Source of the DNA: Mobula hypostoma
Taxonomy: Eukaryota
Direction: 5' to 3'
DNA: 64,000 nucleotides
NCBI RefSeq assembly: GCF_963921235.1
Contig: NC_086109.1
Coordinates: forward strand, 18,168,001-18,232,000
Made by a program: the position numbers and the translations under genes
Shown: piece after piece, positions 1 through 14,212 of the stretch
Position numbering within the stretch: position 1 is the first letter of the stretch
Layout of the letters: each line of letters opens with the position of its first letter
The notes under the pieces: model-generated
Database searches by the model: none
What the model was told of the DNA's origin: nothing
The model's input: the letters and a program-made list of their open reading frames with translations, nothing else

Positions 1-335
1 TACTGCTTCTCACCTGCCCGTAACCTCGCTCTAATTCTCCTCCTTCTTGACTTACTTCCATTGTTTACGGTCCTCTCCTATCAGAGTCCTTCTTCTGTCC
101 TTTCCTTTCCCTGCTTCTCACTTCCGCCCCCCCTTACTCACCCACCCACCTCTCCCTCACCTGGTCTCACCTATCACCCGTCAGCTTGTCCTCCATCCTC
201 TTTCTCTACCTTTTTATTCTGCCTTCTGCCCTCTTCCTTTACTGATGAAGGGACTCCACATGAAACATCAACTGTTTATTCCCCTCCACAGATGCTGCCT
301 AATTTGCTGGGTTCCTCCAACATTTTGTGTGTGTT
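1..335 (+). mobile_element. Penelope-like 3' UTR/terminus (a second copy at ~930-1287)
   Basis: Pyrimidine-rich UTR, ctgatgaaggg...gaaac motif, gatgctgcct...ctccagcattttgtgtg terminus. Confidence 0.78.
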
Positions 336-1186
336 AATCAGTATTAGTGTCTCTATTCCAGATTGTTGTGGAGGCTTCGTTGCTGAAGGCTTTTAAAGAG
401 GAGGTAGATTTTATTTGAAAGTTCAGGGAATTGGGTGCGATGGAGAACTGCACAGATAAAGCCTGGGAAAGGTCATCCACGATCATATGGAACGGCGGAT
501 CAGGCTTGAGAGGCCAAGCGGTCTACGCCAGCTCTTGGAGTTACAAGTGCAGGTATAGGCAATTTGGAGCCATACACAAAGGAGCTGGTGGAGCTCAATG
601 CCAGGTAGCAACTAGGGAGTTAAATGAACAGCTGATGCTTTGGCAACCTCCCAAAACACTGGCTGTTCATTTCCCTCCTTTGATGCTGACTGACCAGCTG
701 AGTTTCCTCAGCTCCTTTGTGTGTTACTTCTGCTTCCCATTAGGGCATTGAAAGGTCACCTGAGTGTGCAAATTCTGAAACTTTGGATGGAGATAGTTAT
801 AACTCCAGCCCAAATTTTTACATAGTCATCCTACAGGAAAGGCAATGTTGCTCCAGCAAGGTAGAAATTTGTTGCCTTTGCCTCCCCACTTGTGGAATAA
901 TCATTGAACTGTGACAAGGAGGGATTTCTCCTTCCAGTAAACAAATTCCACCCTCCCTTTATTCCCCTCTCTTACTTTTTACTTCTTTTCACCTGCCTAT
1001 TACATCCCCCTGCCCTCCTCCATCCCCTTTTCCTTTGGTCCACTGTCCTCTCCTATCAGATTCCTACTTTACCGGCCCTTCACCTTTCCCACCCACCTGG
1101 CTTCACCTTTCACCTTCCAGCTAGCGTCCTTCCTTCCCCCCCCCCCACCCACATCTTTTTATTCTGGCATCTTCCCTCTTCCTTCT

Positions 1187-1224
1187 CAGTCCTGATAAAG
1201 GGTCTGAGCCCGAAACGTCGACTG
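1187..1224 (+). ncRNA. Hammerhead motif with perfect stem I but mutated core (CTGATAA)
   Basis: CAGTC-CTGATAA-AGGGTCTGAGCCC-GAAAC-GTC-GACTG. Confidence 0.55.
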
Positions 1225-3080
1225 TTTATTCATTTCCGTAGATGCTGCCTGACCTGTTAAATTCCTCCAGCATTTCGTGTGTGTTGATGAGGAGGGAAAC
1301 CTTGTGGAGATCTATCCACAATCCTTTCCTGTAAAGATACTTGCAGAGATCCATCTTCTTATCCACTCATTATTCTAGAATTTCAGGGTCTCTTGGTCCG
1401 TCCATGTAGTCGGGCATGAAGATTTTGGATCACACATACAGATCTAGGGCACCTCAGTTCCTGATCTTTGTTTCAATCATCAAAAGCTTTTCCTGCTGTA
1501 GGAGGGTTAGTAAGCAGAGGGCATAGATTTAAGGTAGTTACCCACCTACCTGGGAGAAAGATGCTTCTTTTGTGCAGTGAATAATTATGAACAAAAATGT
1601 ACTGACTGAGAGGGACATGGATTTAGTGAAGGAATTAGATAATCCCTTGAAAAAAGAAGGATTGCTGGGGCCCTAGGGAAAGAGCAAAAGGATGGTATTA
1701 ATTGGATAACTCTTTCAAGAAGTCTGTACAGACCCTTCTCTGATGTATTATTCTTCATCTCAACATGAAGCAAATTAATGTCCCCTTCTGAAACTGTTCT
1801 GCTTTCATTGCACTCTCCATGTTGTGTAATTGTAATCTGTTTTCACAGCTTGCAAAATGTCTCCCAGCTCGGCAATGTTTTCCTTGAAGTGTCTGATTCC
1901 TGCTTTTCTTAAGCAGCATTTTTAACAGTTCCACATAACAGTACAGGAGGAAAGGGTGAGCAGGCTACGGCTTTTCTCTTTGGAGCAAAGGAGGAGAAGA
2001 GGTGACTTAATGGAGGTATATAAGAAGCTCAGATAGAATGAATGGCCAGCATCTTTTTCCTAGTGTGGAATGGCTAAAATAAGAGGGCATCATTTTAAGG
2101 TGATTGGAGTAAAAAATATAGTGGGGGGGAGTTGTCAGAGGTATGTTTTTTTTATGCAGAGAGTGGCAGATGCATGAAACACACTGACAGGGATGGTGGT
2201 TGTGGCAGGAACTTCAGGGATATTTAAGAGAATCTTAGGTAGATGAAAGGAAAAAGGGGACTATGCAGGAGAAAAGCATCAGATTGATCTTGGAGTAGGT
2301 TAAAATGTTGTCACAACATAATGGGCTGAAAAGTCTGTACTGTGCGGTACTTTACTCTGTTCTATGTTCTAAAGTCGGGGGTGCTGTCTTTCAGATGAGT
2401 TATTAAAACTACAGCTCTCTCGGGTTGATGTCGGAGACACTGAAGTGCTGGTTTGTGGTCTTGGTTTCAATAGATTCTGGATCAAGGACTCCTTGGGGCT
2501 TTGTGGCTTCTGCTGTTGTTTGCATGGTGGGGGTGTGCTCAGTGCTTCTGCTGGCGTGGGTGGGGGGGAGAAGGAGGTCGATGCTTTTGCTACTATCTGT
2601 GTGAAGGAGGGGGAGGGGGGCTTTGATGTTTCTATCATCCATTCTATGGTGTTTCTTGTTTCGTGGATCCCTGTGAAGAGTACGAATTTCAGGTTGTATG
2701 CTGTATACATACATGGATATTAAAATGAGCCTTCGAAAGTTCCATGACCCTATCTTAAAGAGCAGATGGAGAGTTATTTGTGGTGATATGGTTAGCGTTC
2801 ATCCCTCAAATTACTTCTCAAAGAGGGATATGTCTGAAGTTAATCCTTCCCTAAATCTCAACAACTCATCTGAATTTGGCCATTGTGTTTCCTACAGTAC
2901 AAGAGTAACCACACTTCAAAACCATTTCCCCAACTGTGAAATACTTTGGTTTGACCTGAGTCTGTGAAAGAAACCTCAGAAATGCTTATAATCTATTTTA
3001 GGCTGTCTATCTCTGTTCTACACTGCAAGGACTGGCTGTGTAATAATTTCAATACCATTTGCTCTCCTCTGTGTTCCTAG

Positions 3081-3178
3081 GGGAGTTGGCTGCATTCTGT
3101 ATGAAATGGCTGCTGGAAGGCCATTGTTTCCTGGTTCCACAGTGAAGGAAGAATTACACTTAATTTTCAGGCTTTTAG
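3081..3178 (+). CDS. CDK18: PCTAIRE kinase (CDK18-like) internal exon, (W)[32 protein letters not shown](G)
   Basis: Acceptor ctctgtgttcctag, donor gtaagt; translation is CDK subdomain [16 protein letters not shown] matches CDK18 as I recall it (CDK17 has VEDELH). Confidence 0.93.
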
Positions 3179-4995
3179 GTAAGTGTAGCATTGATATACT
3201 ATGATTTGGGGACCAAGCCTATCCCATCCAATCCCCAGATCCTGAAATGATATGCTAGAATTTAATCGTCAATGTTAACAACGTGTTTTAGACAAAGAAC
3301 TTAGGGGCTGCACAGCTATAAAAGGTGGAATAAATCAGACATAAGCTGAAACCTTTTTTTTACAAAACCTTACAGAAGTTCTTTAGATGGGTCATTGCAT
3401 TACTTACTACAGAATTATAACTACAAATTTATGTAATAACTTAATCAATGCCATATTGCTACCGTTGTTTTAGCCTTGGGTTAGTAGAACTGATTTTTCT
3501 GACTTGTTTGATCTTATTTTTATCAATATCATCCATGCCACAGATCAAAGAAATATCTGTGAAATCTAAGCACGTTCCAACCAATTGATGTTGTGATGAA
3601 TACTGCAGTTAATTATTCAGTTACTTCTGTGCTTTGTTTTCCAATTTCCATAGAATCAGAGGAAGCTTACAACATGGAAGGGGTCTATTCAACCCATTGG
3701 GTCTTTGTTGACTCTGTGCAAAAGGAGTCTGTTTTTGCCTCATCTCTTCTTTCCATATCCTTGCAAACACTTTATTTTTAAGTGGTTATGCAGACCCTTT
3801 TAAGCGTCAAGATTGAATCTGCCTCCATTTCCCACCAGGACTGCCTTCCAAGATGTTAGTTCTTTTATATGTCCCCGTGACTGATAGTTCTCTCTCCGAT
3901 TATCATTCTTAAATGCATCCCGAATGCAAAAATTAAAGAAATAGGCCTAGTTTCAGGGATCATCCTTACACTTCCCTTTGTACAAAATTGTAAGCAATTT
4001 TCCATCTTATGGTAGTCAATCACTGCCTACAGGCTATTGGAATATTACTGTATGGCCTAAATCTCAGCCAGTTCCTTTCTTATGTCAACACCCACAAAAT
4101 GCTGGAGGAACTCAGCAGGCCGGGCCAGGCCCTGACGAAGGGTCTTGGCCTGAAACATCAACTGTACTCTTTACCATAGATGCTGCCTGGCCTGCAGAGT
4201 TCTTCCAGCATTTTACTGGTGTTTGATGGATTTCCAGCATCTGCAGATTTTCTCTTGTTTGTGATTGGATGATCCACTCTAGTGTCTCTCAGCCGACCTG
4301 AAACCATGATTTATCTATCTGAACTACATACACCTAATCTCTCTTCTACCTTTAACCTCTCTACTACCATCCCACTGACAGTTTTAAACCATCCACTATC
4401 TTTGTTATATGTTCCTTTCCTGAGACTCCAGAAACATGATCTTCCTTGGTGAAGGTGAATGTAAGATACTCATTTGGTGCCTAACCTTGCTATTGACAAG
4501 TATGTTGAACTTCCTTTCTGTTTGATAATTTGTATTTTTTCTATTTAATTCTTCTGCCTTCTCCCCCTCTGTCTCCATTTATTCATTATCCTCTTGAGAG
4601 GATGTGGAATTCAGGAGCTGGTAAGCACAAAGTGGGACAAGAATCTGTTGATATTTTGGAATATACTATGGTCAATCTTTGCTTTCTGCTCTGTGTCCCC
4701 TCCCCCTTTTCTCACTCAGAATATCCTTTGTATTTTCACTTAACATGAGGACTTTGATATTAACACAAACACGTACACTTATTTTGATTTATTGTGTAAT
4801 CCTGACTTCTGATTATAAAAGGAACATGGTTCTCCATACCTGAGAAAGCACTATCTATACAGCTACATTCCATCTAACACCATGTCCATAAGTAAAAGCA
4901 TGATACATTACACAGTTCAGACCATTAATCAACAAATCAATTGTACAGTTAGTTATATTTACTAACAATACAAATTCTATAATGTATTGTTTCAG

Positions 4996-5101
4996 GAACT
5001 CCCACAGAAGATACATGGCCAGGAATAACATCAAATGAAGAATTCAAAGCTTATAGCTTTCCTTATTACCGACCTCAACCAATGATAAATCACGTTCCCA
5101 G
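4996..5101 (+). CDS. CDK18: CDK18-like exon, [35 protein letters not shown](R)
   Basis: Acceptor tattgtttcag, donor gtacac; phase-compatible with both neighbours; GTP..TWPG CDK motif. Confidence 0.93.
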
Positions 5102-5563
5102 GTACACCGGTAATTTACCCTGCTTATTTCATGCTGTAAATTGTTATATGGTTAAATTGTGTAAAGCATATTTCATGACATTTCAATAAGCAGAGGGGCA
5201 CTATCTATGGCTTAGTGCTCTCTGAATCACATATGTGCTAAATACCTCTCCATTGACATGAGAACAAAAACCAAGCTAAAATACCCAGACCTGCACTCAT
5301 TTCAGTCTTCCAGCTGGGTACGGGTATCGATTTTAACCAGCGTTTTGATGACAATCTCTGCCATTTGTCATTGAAACGCCATTTAAAATCAATACTAGTA
5401 CCCAACTGGAAGCCCAAGAAGAGTTTATTCGTCATACACACCGGGAAAGCACTAGATCTTTTTCACTCACTTGAAGATTTGAAGTTACTGAATCATTGTC
5501 TACGACAACATTTCAATCTTCTGTTCAGGTGACAAGCTCATAAATTCTCATTTGTTTTTCTAG

Positions 5564-5606
5564 GCTGGATCCTGAAGGATTAGATCTTTTTTCCAATCTT
5601 TTATTG
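5564..5606 (+). CDS. CDK18: CDK18-like 43-bp exon, (R)LDPEGLDLFSNLLL
   Basis: Acceptor tttgtttttctag, donor gtaaga; phase 2 to 0. Confidence 0.92.
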
Positions 5607-7269
5607 GTAAGACCATAAATAATTGAAAATTTATTAATACATATGTTTTCAACTTTTTCTGATCAATGTTCTTTGTATGAAGCATTATTCACTATAGCCT
5701 TTAGGCTCTCTATTGGTCGGGGTCAACCATGGATGTTTCATCCCAGCTGTCTATGTGACACGCAAGCCAGGGCAGTATGATATGGAGAGCAAGCTGTTGC
5801 CTGTGCAGAAGGATTCCCCTCTCCATACAGCTAATGAATCTAAATGAATGGCAGAGACTGATGCAGTTTGGCACCAGTGGTACCATGGGAGTTGCCAGTC
5901 AGCATTGAACTCAACGTAGGACTGCCTTGGGGACTCTAGTTCCGGATGTTTCCTTGTGCATATTCCTGAAGCCTTCCCCATCAGTGGGTATAGCCGTAAG
6001 GAAGTTTGAGATCAGAATTTTCCTCTTCCTGGATGACCTGCCAACCACGGCTGACAAGCCTCATGGCTCTTGGTTTTAAGGCACCAATAAATCACCTTTG
6101 CCCTTTCTGCTGCCAGTAGAAACGTTTCTGCCGGGCTTAGTAGCTATGCTGCACGTGAAGGTCAGGAGATGGACTGGGCTGTCAGAGGCTATAAGAGATG
6201 CACACACCATTTAGTAGGTAGTGGGAGCTTATCCCCACCAACCTCTCTTGGTCATGACAACCTTAAGGAATCACTATAACCCAGAATAAAGATAATGTAG
6301 CGTTGTTTATTTTGGGACTACACAATTGAAATTGTACTTCCCCAGGCAGTACAATGTAATCAGAACAGTATTTTAGCCATTTCATGTCACTATGGAAAAC
6401 TAAATGGACACTTCTCAGTGTGAATTGTTCTGAATCTGACATAAACTGTGACATGCCCATGTCCAAACAGAATTAGTTAAGCAATGGAAGAAATCAGATC
6501 ACAGTGTCTTTTCAAAACCAAACAGATTTATCAATATATGTTTGGATTCAAGACAACTTACCTTGGGAGCAGAGTAATTAAACACATAAGCCAAGTATAT
6601 CTCCCAGTACCTCAAGGCAATGTTGTTGAGTAAACAACTAAATGAGCTCACAAGAGGGTGGACCTGTCACAGTCCTCAGTCTAATGATTTTGAAAATAAG
6701 ACTGCCTGGACTAGGTTAGTGAGAAGGGAGAAGAGAATACGTGCAACGAATTGAGTGGATGACAATGTTTGTGTTTCACTCAAAAATGGTGAGGGAACTC
6801 AGCAAGTGAGGCTGCATCAATGGAAGAGTATTGGCTTGAAACATTGACTGCTTATTGCCCTCCAGACTTGCTGAGTTCCAACAGTTTTGTTCAAGATTTC
6901 TAGCATCTACAGAATCTCTTGTGTCTGTGTTTTACAATGGCTTTTCCCTAATTTGCATTGTGATTGTTTTATTATTGTCACATGTACTGGGATATGGTGA
7001 AAAGCTTTAGGCTTGTATGCCAACCAGATGGATTGTTCCTTACAAAAGTACATTGAGGCTGTAAAAATGAAAACCGACTGCAGAATATAGTGTTACAAAT
7101 GCAGAGAAAATGCAGTCCTGGTAGCCAAATTCCGCAAAGACCACTATGAGGTAGACTAAAATATCAAGAGTTCATTATTTTTGTGTATAACAGGTCATTA
7201 AAGAGCACTTTGCTCACTCAGTGTGGATTATATATGGAAATAGAACCTGACATGCTTTTGGGATCTGAG

Positions 7270-8032
7270 CAACATTTCCATCCACAAAAAGTGGAAGTTC
7301 CCAGTGGCCAAACATTTTACTTCTGATTCCCATTCCGTTCTGACATCTCAATAGACAATAGACAATAGACAATAGGTGCAGGAGTAGGCCATTTGGCCCT
7401 TCGAGCCAGCACAGCCATTCACTGTGATCATGGCTGATCATCCACAATCAGTACCCCGTTCCTGCCTTCTCCCCATATCCCTTGACGCCGCTATCATTAA
7501 GAGCTCTATCTAACTCTCTATCTCGGTCCGTGGCTATCCCTTGTGCAATGATGAGGCCATCTTCAGGGTGGAGGAGCAACACCTTATATTCCATCTGGTT
7601 AGCCTCCAACCTGATGGCATGAATATCGATTTCTCCTTCTGGTTAAAGAGAAATTCACTCCCCTTCCCCTCCTCTTCTATTACCCACCCTGGCCTCTTAC
7701 CTCTCTCACCTGCCTGTCAACTCCCCCTTCTCCTTCCCTTTCTCCTCTGGTCCACTCTCCTCTCCTATCAGATTCCTTCTGCTCCAGCCCATTACCTTTC
7801 CTCCCCATCTGGCTTCACCTATCACCTTCTAGCTATCGTACCTCCCCTCTCCCTACCAATTTATTCCAGCATTTTCCCCTGCCCTTTCCAATCCTGAAGA
7901 AGGGTTTTGGTCCGACGTGTCTACTGTTTATTCATTTCCATAGATGCTGCCTCACCTGCTGAGTTCCTCCAGCATTTTGTGTGTGTGTGTTGCTTTGGAC
8001 TTCCAGCATCCGCAGACTTTCTCTTGTTTATG
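7270..8032 (+). mobile_element. Penelope-like 3' fragment
   Basis: VEEQHLIFHLVSLQPDGMNIDFSF in ORF 7541-7897; conserved terminus. Confidence 0.82.
7350..7519 (-). mobile_element. CR1 3' end with (CAATAGA)n tail nested in a Penelope fragment
   Basis: aggccattcggccc-type hairpin; interrupts Penelope GIY-YIG-region sequence. Confidence 0.85.
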
Positions 8033-10610
8033 ATTGACAACATTTGATGCCCAGCATTACTTGCCCTTGGGAAGGTGCTGGTGAGTTGCCTTCCCGAACA
8101 GCTTCGGCCCTTCTGGTGCAGGCTCTCCAATGGAGCTGCTGAGAGGTAGTTCCAACATTTAGGTATTGTGACCAAGCAATATTCACGTTTTTTTAAAATT
8201 TATTTACTTAATTATTGAGATACAACATGGAGTGGGTCCTTCCCGCCCACCGAGCCATGCCAACTAGCCTAATCACTGGACAATTTACAATGACCCGTTA
8301 ACCTACCAAATGGCATGTTGTTGGACTGTGGGAAGAAACCGGAACACCGGGAGGAAACGGGGAGCATGTATAAACTCCTTACAGTCAGTGGTGGGAATTG
8401 AGCCATAGTTGCCTATACTGTATAGCATTGTGCTAACCACTATTTTACTATGCTGCCCCATTATATTTCCAAGTTGGGATAAAGTGTGACTTTGATGGGA
8501 TCCTGAAGATGGTGGTGTGCCTACCCATTTCCTGGTAGTTCATGGTGCTGGTGAGGGTACAGGTTGGCAGGTATTATCAGAATAGCCCGGGCAAGTATAT
8601 ATGGTGCATTTTGGCTCTGGTTTATAATTGTCACATATACCAAGATCCAATGTAGGGCTTCTCTTGAACACTGTCCACAAAAATCAAAATCACTACACAG
8701 TACATCGAGGAAGATCAAGATAAAGTAATAACAATGCAGAATAAAGTGTAAAAGCTACAGAAAAAAATCAGGTTCAGGAAACAAAGTGCAAAATCCTTAT
8801 GAGTTAGACTGAAAATCAGGAGTACAACTTATAGTACAAGAAGTCTCTTCAAGAGTCTGATAATATTATCATCAGGTTCACTGTCCCACAGGACATGCTG
8901 TCTTCATGCTGCTGCCATCAGGAAGAAGGTACAAGAGCTTCAGGACTCACAACGCCAGCTTTAGAAACAGTTATTACCCCTCAACCATCAGGCTCTTGAA
9001 CCAAAGGGGCTAACTTCAATTCATCATTGAAATGTTCCCACAGTCTATGGACTTCCAAGGATTCTTCATCTCATATCCTCGATATTTATTGCTTATTTAC
9101 TATTATTGTTTCTTTTTTTTGTACTTGCGCAGTTTGTGTCTTTTGCACACTGGTTAAACATCCAAGCTAGTGTGGTCTTGTTTTTGATTTTATAATGGTT
9201 ATTATTCTATTATGGATTTATTGGGCACACCGCCAAGAAATAAATTTCAGGGTCATATATGGTGACATACATGTACTTTGATAATAAATTTACTTTGAAC
9301 TTAGAACTTTGATAACAGCAGCGTGAGCCTGGTATTCAGTCCTTTTTATCATCTACCTGATCGGAGAGGGAAGAAGAGGGATTGGCCAAGGTACATGGGG
9401 TCGTTGTAGACTATTTTGTAGACAGTACACACTTCAGCTACAGTGTGCCAGTGCTGGGGGGTATATCTTTTTAGAATATAGTGGTAATTACGCAAATATT
9501 TTGTCTTGCTTGGTCTCGAGATTCTTGTGATTCATCATCATCCGTCCATGATGCGTCTGGTAAGATGGAAACGCGCTCAGATGCATCAGCTTCTATGAGG
9601 TTAACCAAAGGTGCTTTTGTGCTTTTAAACATTTGTTATGATTCCAAAACTCTGCTGGATAGTAAGAACATAAGGTACTGCGAGTCTACACCATCAATAG
9701 CAGAGAAACTGAAGGAGCTGGACTTGGCGCAGACTGCGCTGTTGCCTCCGACAGAGAGTTGTAGATGCACAAAGGAGCTGTGCACGCTTAACAATGAGTG
9801 ATCATCCGAATCGCTTCTGGCAAACGTTGGGGGAGGCAGCAGGGGTCGGTCATAGTGAGGACTAAGCCTTAAGCTGTGGTGTCACCTGTTTGCTGCCGCC
9901 CAGGGGGAGGCAACGGAGTTGGACGCCCCGCCAGAGTACCAGAGGCGGTGCAGTGCAGCCTGGCGCCCATGCTGGAGTCGGTGCTGCCCCCCAGTGTTCG
10001 CTTGGCAGAACACATTGTATTGTGTTCAACTGCAAACAGCTGCAACATTCATGGACTTGGAGACTGCTATCTTATGTGCTATAGGTACCTTGTGCTGTGT
10101 GTGACTGCTGGTACTGTGTTTTGCACCTTGACCCTGGAGTAACACAGTTTCATTTGTCCGTATTCATGTATGGGCGAATGACAATTAATCTTGAACTTGG
10201 AACTTTTCTTCGCTCCTGATTTGAGTTGTAGTTGATGGAAAGGTTTTGAGATATCAGGAGGTCATTCATGATCCACAGGATACCAGTCTCTGACTTGCTC
10301 TTGTACCCAGAGAATTTATATGGCTGATACAGATGAGGTTTTGGTCACTGATGATCGCAGGTTATTGGTGGTGGGACTGGTATTCAATGATATTGTTTTC
10401 TCCAAGGTAGGAGGTTGCACTCTATGTGCAGAGAAGGTCACTGCCTAACTCTTCTATTGCATGAATCTCAGGCTTGTACATAGTGACATATATGTACTTT
10501 GATAATAAATATACTTCGAACTTTGAATGTTGCTTGCCACTTATCAGCCCATGTCTGCATGTTGTGTAGGTTTTGCTCCATGAAGGCAGGGGGCTCTTCC
10601 CTTCTGTTAG

Positions 10611-11165
10611 TGTAACCCGAGGTTCGGTCGGCAGCATTAGTCTAGGGGAAGACACTCTCCGGCCCGCCAAACTTGTGAAATCTCGTTTGTGTGGATGCTG
10701 CATGATGTTTTCCCCTGTTATAAATCAGTCCCACGAGATAACAAACAGTACACCACATGCAATTAAATGATTTAGCTTTATAATTCTTAAGTTGACTAGA
10801 GGGTTAGTAAAGAAAACAAAAAGAAAAGTGCCCATTTTAATGAAACAGTCTAATGCGCACATTGGAGCTGACAATTTTCCCGTCTGTTCATTCTCCAATG
10901 ATTTCCCCCAGGCATCGTCAGCTCCCGACCCCATTCCACATCCACTCAGACCTGCAGTCTGCGACCTCTCCATTCAGGCATTTTCTCTCTCCAGCCAAAC
11001 AAAAGCCTGCAAATACGTCGCACTCGGGCACACGAGAAAGAAGAATCTTCCCTCATTAGACACCGCACATTCCAAAGCTCCCGTGATCTCCAGTCATAAC
11101 CCGAACACACCGTGGCTACAGAGAAACCAATGCATTAGTGGTGAAACCTTTCCCAGGACGTTACA
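10611..11165. mobile_element. Solo LTR (Gypsy-like), 555 bp
   Basis: TGTAAC...GTTACA inverted termini; 4-bp TSD ttag/ttgg (one mismatch); no coding capacity. Confidence 0.72.
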
Positions 11166-11625
11166 TTGGGAATGTGTAAATAGAACTGAGCGTCGTTCAG
11201 TCATCAGTGAACACTTCTATGCTCATGATGGGAGGAAGGTCAATGTTGAAACAGCTAAAGATGGTTGAACCTTGTAATTTGTCCAGAGGAATTCCTGCGC
11301 CGATGTCATGGGGTTTGGATAGTCGGTTTCTGACAACCACAGCCATCTTCCCCTGGGCATGTTATGACTCCAACCACTGTACTGTTTTCTCTTTGATGCT
11401 TTTATATGGGTACCTTCATGCTCTGCTGGTCAAATGCTGCCCCAGTGTCATTGGCAGCCGTTCCCACCACAGCTCTGGAATTCACCTCTTTGCCCCATAT
11501 TTGGATGAAGGCTGTGATGAGGTCTGGAGCTGAATGGCTCCTGGTGAATCCCTACACTGGACATGGGGGTAGGTTGTTGGAGAGTAAATGTGACGCCACT
11601 TTCCTTCACATTGCTGATCACATGT

Positions 11626-12320
11626 AGATGGGAGGGGAGGAGAAGATGGCAGTGCCACGCAGCGCGTGTGGCCACTCCAAAATGATATTGTATGTGTTAA
11701 CTAGGGGGCCGTGCACAATCCTGATTTGATGGAGACAGCCGTGAGAAGCACGGAGGAACATCTGGAGAAACTTCTGAAATACGTGCTTCGCTGCCACTGC
11801 TACTGTGTGATCGAGAATCTCCAGAGGGGAAGACCCCAAATCCTTGGCTTTGCCTATTGCCTGTTGCCGGGACCAGAGTCGAAGCGCTCGGTGGAGATGG
11901 TGCTCGGTGTCGGAGGGCTGGTCGGAAGCTTGAAGTTTTCAGACGGACTCAAGAGTCGGCTGTGGTCGGATGCTTCCAGGATGCTGCATTGGCAAGTTTG
12001 CGGCGCTGGAAGCTCATGGCAGGGAGAGTTTTTCTTCCTTCTACCGTCTGCATGAGATGATGGGACTTTCGAGAGACTTTGAGACTTTTTTTTACTGTGT
12101 CCATGGTCTGTTTTTATCAAATTACGGTATTGCTTTGCACTGTTGTAACTATGTGTTATAATTATGTGGTTTTTGTCAGTTTTTTAGTCTTGGTTTGTCT
12201 TGTGTTTCTGTGATATCATTCTGGAGGAACATTGTATCATTTCTTAATGCATGCATTACTAAATGACAATAAAAGAGGACTGCGCATCCTCATAAACTAA
12301 TCTAATTTAATCTAAATTCA
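11626..12320 (+). mobile_element. Non-autonomous non-LTR retroelement, ~695 bp
   Basis: 12-bp TSD ctgatca(c/g)atgt; AAGATGGC near the 5' end; AATAAA and (TCTAA)-like tail. Confidence 0.72.
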
Positions 12321-14212
12321 CTGATCAGATGTGTCCTGCAATCTCTTCAGTCAGATGTATCTGACAATATCTGGAGTTCAGGGGGATAATAAGTCAAGCG
12401 TGGTAGAATGGCATATCAGACAAGATGGGCTGAATGGTCTAATTATGCTCCTACATCTTATGTTGGACAGAGGCCAGTATTGGAGCAGCTTAGCTGGAGG
12501 TATCACTAGTGCCGGACTGCAGATCTCTAGAACTACAGCTGCAATGTTGTCAGGTACCTTGGCTCTTGCTCATACCAGTGCTCAATGCAGTGTCTGGATA
12601 TCATCTGTAGTGAATTGAGTTGTTTGGAATCCGGGGATCTCTGAAGAGGGAAGAGATGGATCACGTGCACGACTCATCTGACCTAATACTGTACTGAATT
12701 TGTTTGTAGATTAGAGAGTCATTAGCTGCACCAGCATTTATATTTCATCCTTAACTAGCGAAGATATGGGTGTACTGTTGGTGTTAAGAGAGAGCACATA
12801 CTGCGGATCTAGTGTCATAGGGCAGGCCAGATAGAGGTGACACAGGCAGTTGTAGACACTGGAATACGGAGAACAGCAAAAGTACTGGAGGAACTCAACA
12901 CGTAGGAGGATCTGTGGAAGGAAGTGGACAGTTGACGTTCTACATAGGGACCCTTCGTCAGTCCAGATGAGGGGTCCTGACTCAAAACGTGGACTGTTCA
13001 TTTCCCTCCACAGATGCTGCATAACCCATTGAGTTCATCCAGAAATTTGTTTAGTTGTTGAAGATGACAGGTTTTTTTTGCAACACACACCAAATTCTGG
13101 GGGAACTCAGCAAGTCAATGAAGGGGGAAAAAACATCTGACGTTTCGGGCCAAGACCTTTCATCACAACTGCTTTTGAATAGGATCATCCAAAAGACAGG
13201 TTTCTTTAGCAGAGGGCATAAGTGAACGAAGTGTGTTTTTTAATCACTACTATCCGGATTAGGTTTTGATTTCAAATTTTACTGTGGTGGGAATTGTTGC
13301 ATTCTTCACATCAATAACTTGGGCCTTATGATTTTTGTCCAAAACGTAACTATGATGCAACTGCCTAAACTGCCTCAGTTAATTCATACACAATCCTTTA
13401 TTTGTTTGAATATTTTAATAACTCTCCTTGGCTCCAAAGCTAGCATGGTGATGTCTCATAGCACCGGCTAAGCAGGTTTGATCTTGACATCAGATGCCTC
13501 TGTGTATATATTGCACAATTCCCTGTGATTGTGTGGTTTTCCATCATATGATTACACATGCTCTCTTCTTGCTGCCGCCAGTGGGAAGGAGGTACAAAAG
13601 CCTTGGATCCCACACCACCAGGTTCAGGAACAGTTATTACCTTTCAACCATCAGGCTCCTGAACCAATGTGGATAACTTTACTCAGCTCAACGCTGAACT
13701 GATTCCACACCTATAGACTCACTTTCAAGGACTCTGCAACGCATGTTCTCAATATTATTTATTTAATTATTGTATTTGCACAGTTTGTCTTTTTTGCACT
13801 TTGGTTGTTTGTCAGTCGTTGTTTTTGTATAGTTTTTCAATTATTCTATTCTACTTCTTTGTTCTGCTGTGAATGACTGCAAGAAAATGATCTCGGGGTA
13901 GTATATGGTGACACAAACACACTTTGATAATAAATTTACTTATGTTGATATGCTTCAGCTTCCTCTCACATCCCAAAGACATTCTGGTTGGTTAATTGCC
14001 TGCTGGAGTTGCCTACTACCCCTTAGTGTAGGTAAGGAAATCAAAGGAAAGTTGATATGTACATGAGAGAGAATAAGCTTTGGGGCATGGGTGGGGGGAA
14101 GGGGGAGGGGGTTGGTGAGCTGACAGAATCACTCATTTTGCAATTGAGATTTGGTGGAATGGCCTCCTGGGTGGTTCCTGTGTCTTTCCTGCTTGCACCT
14201 TCCCTGTACCAT

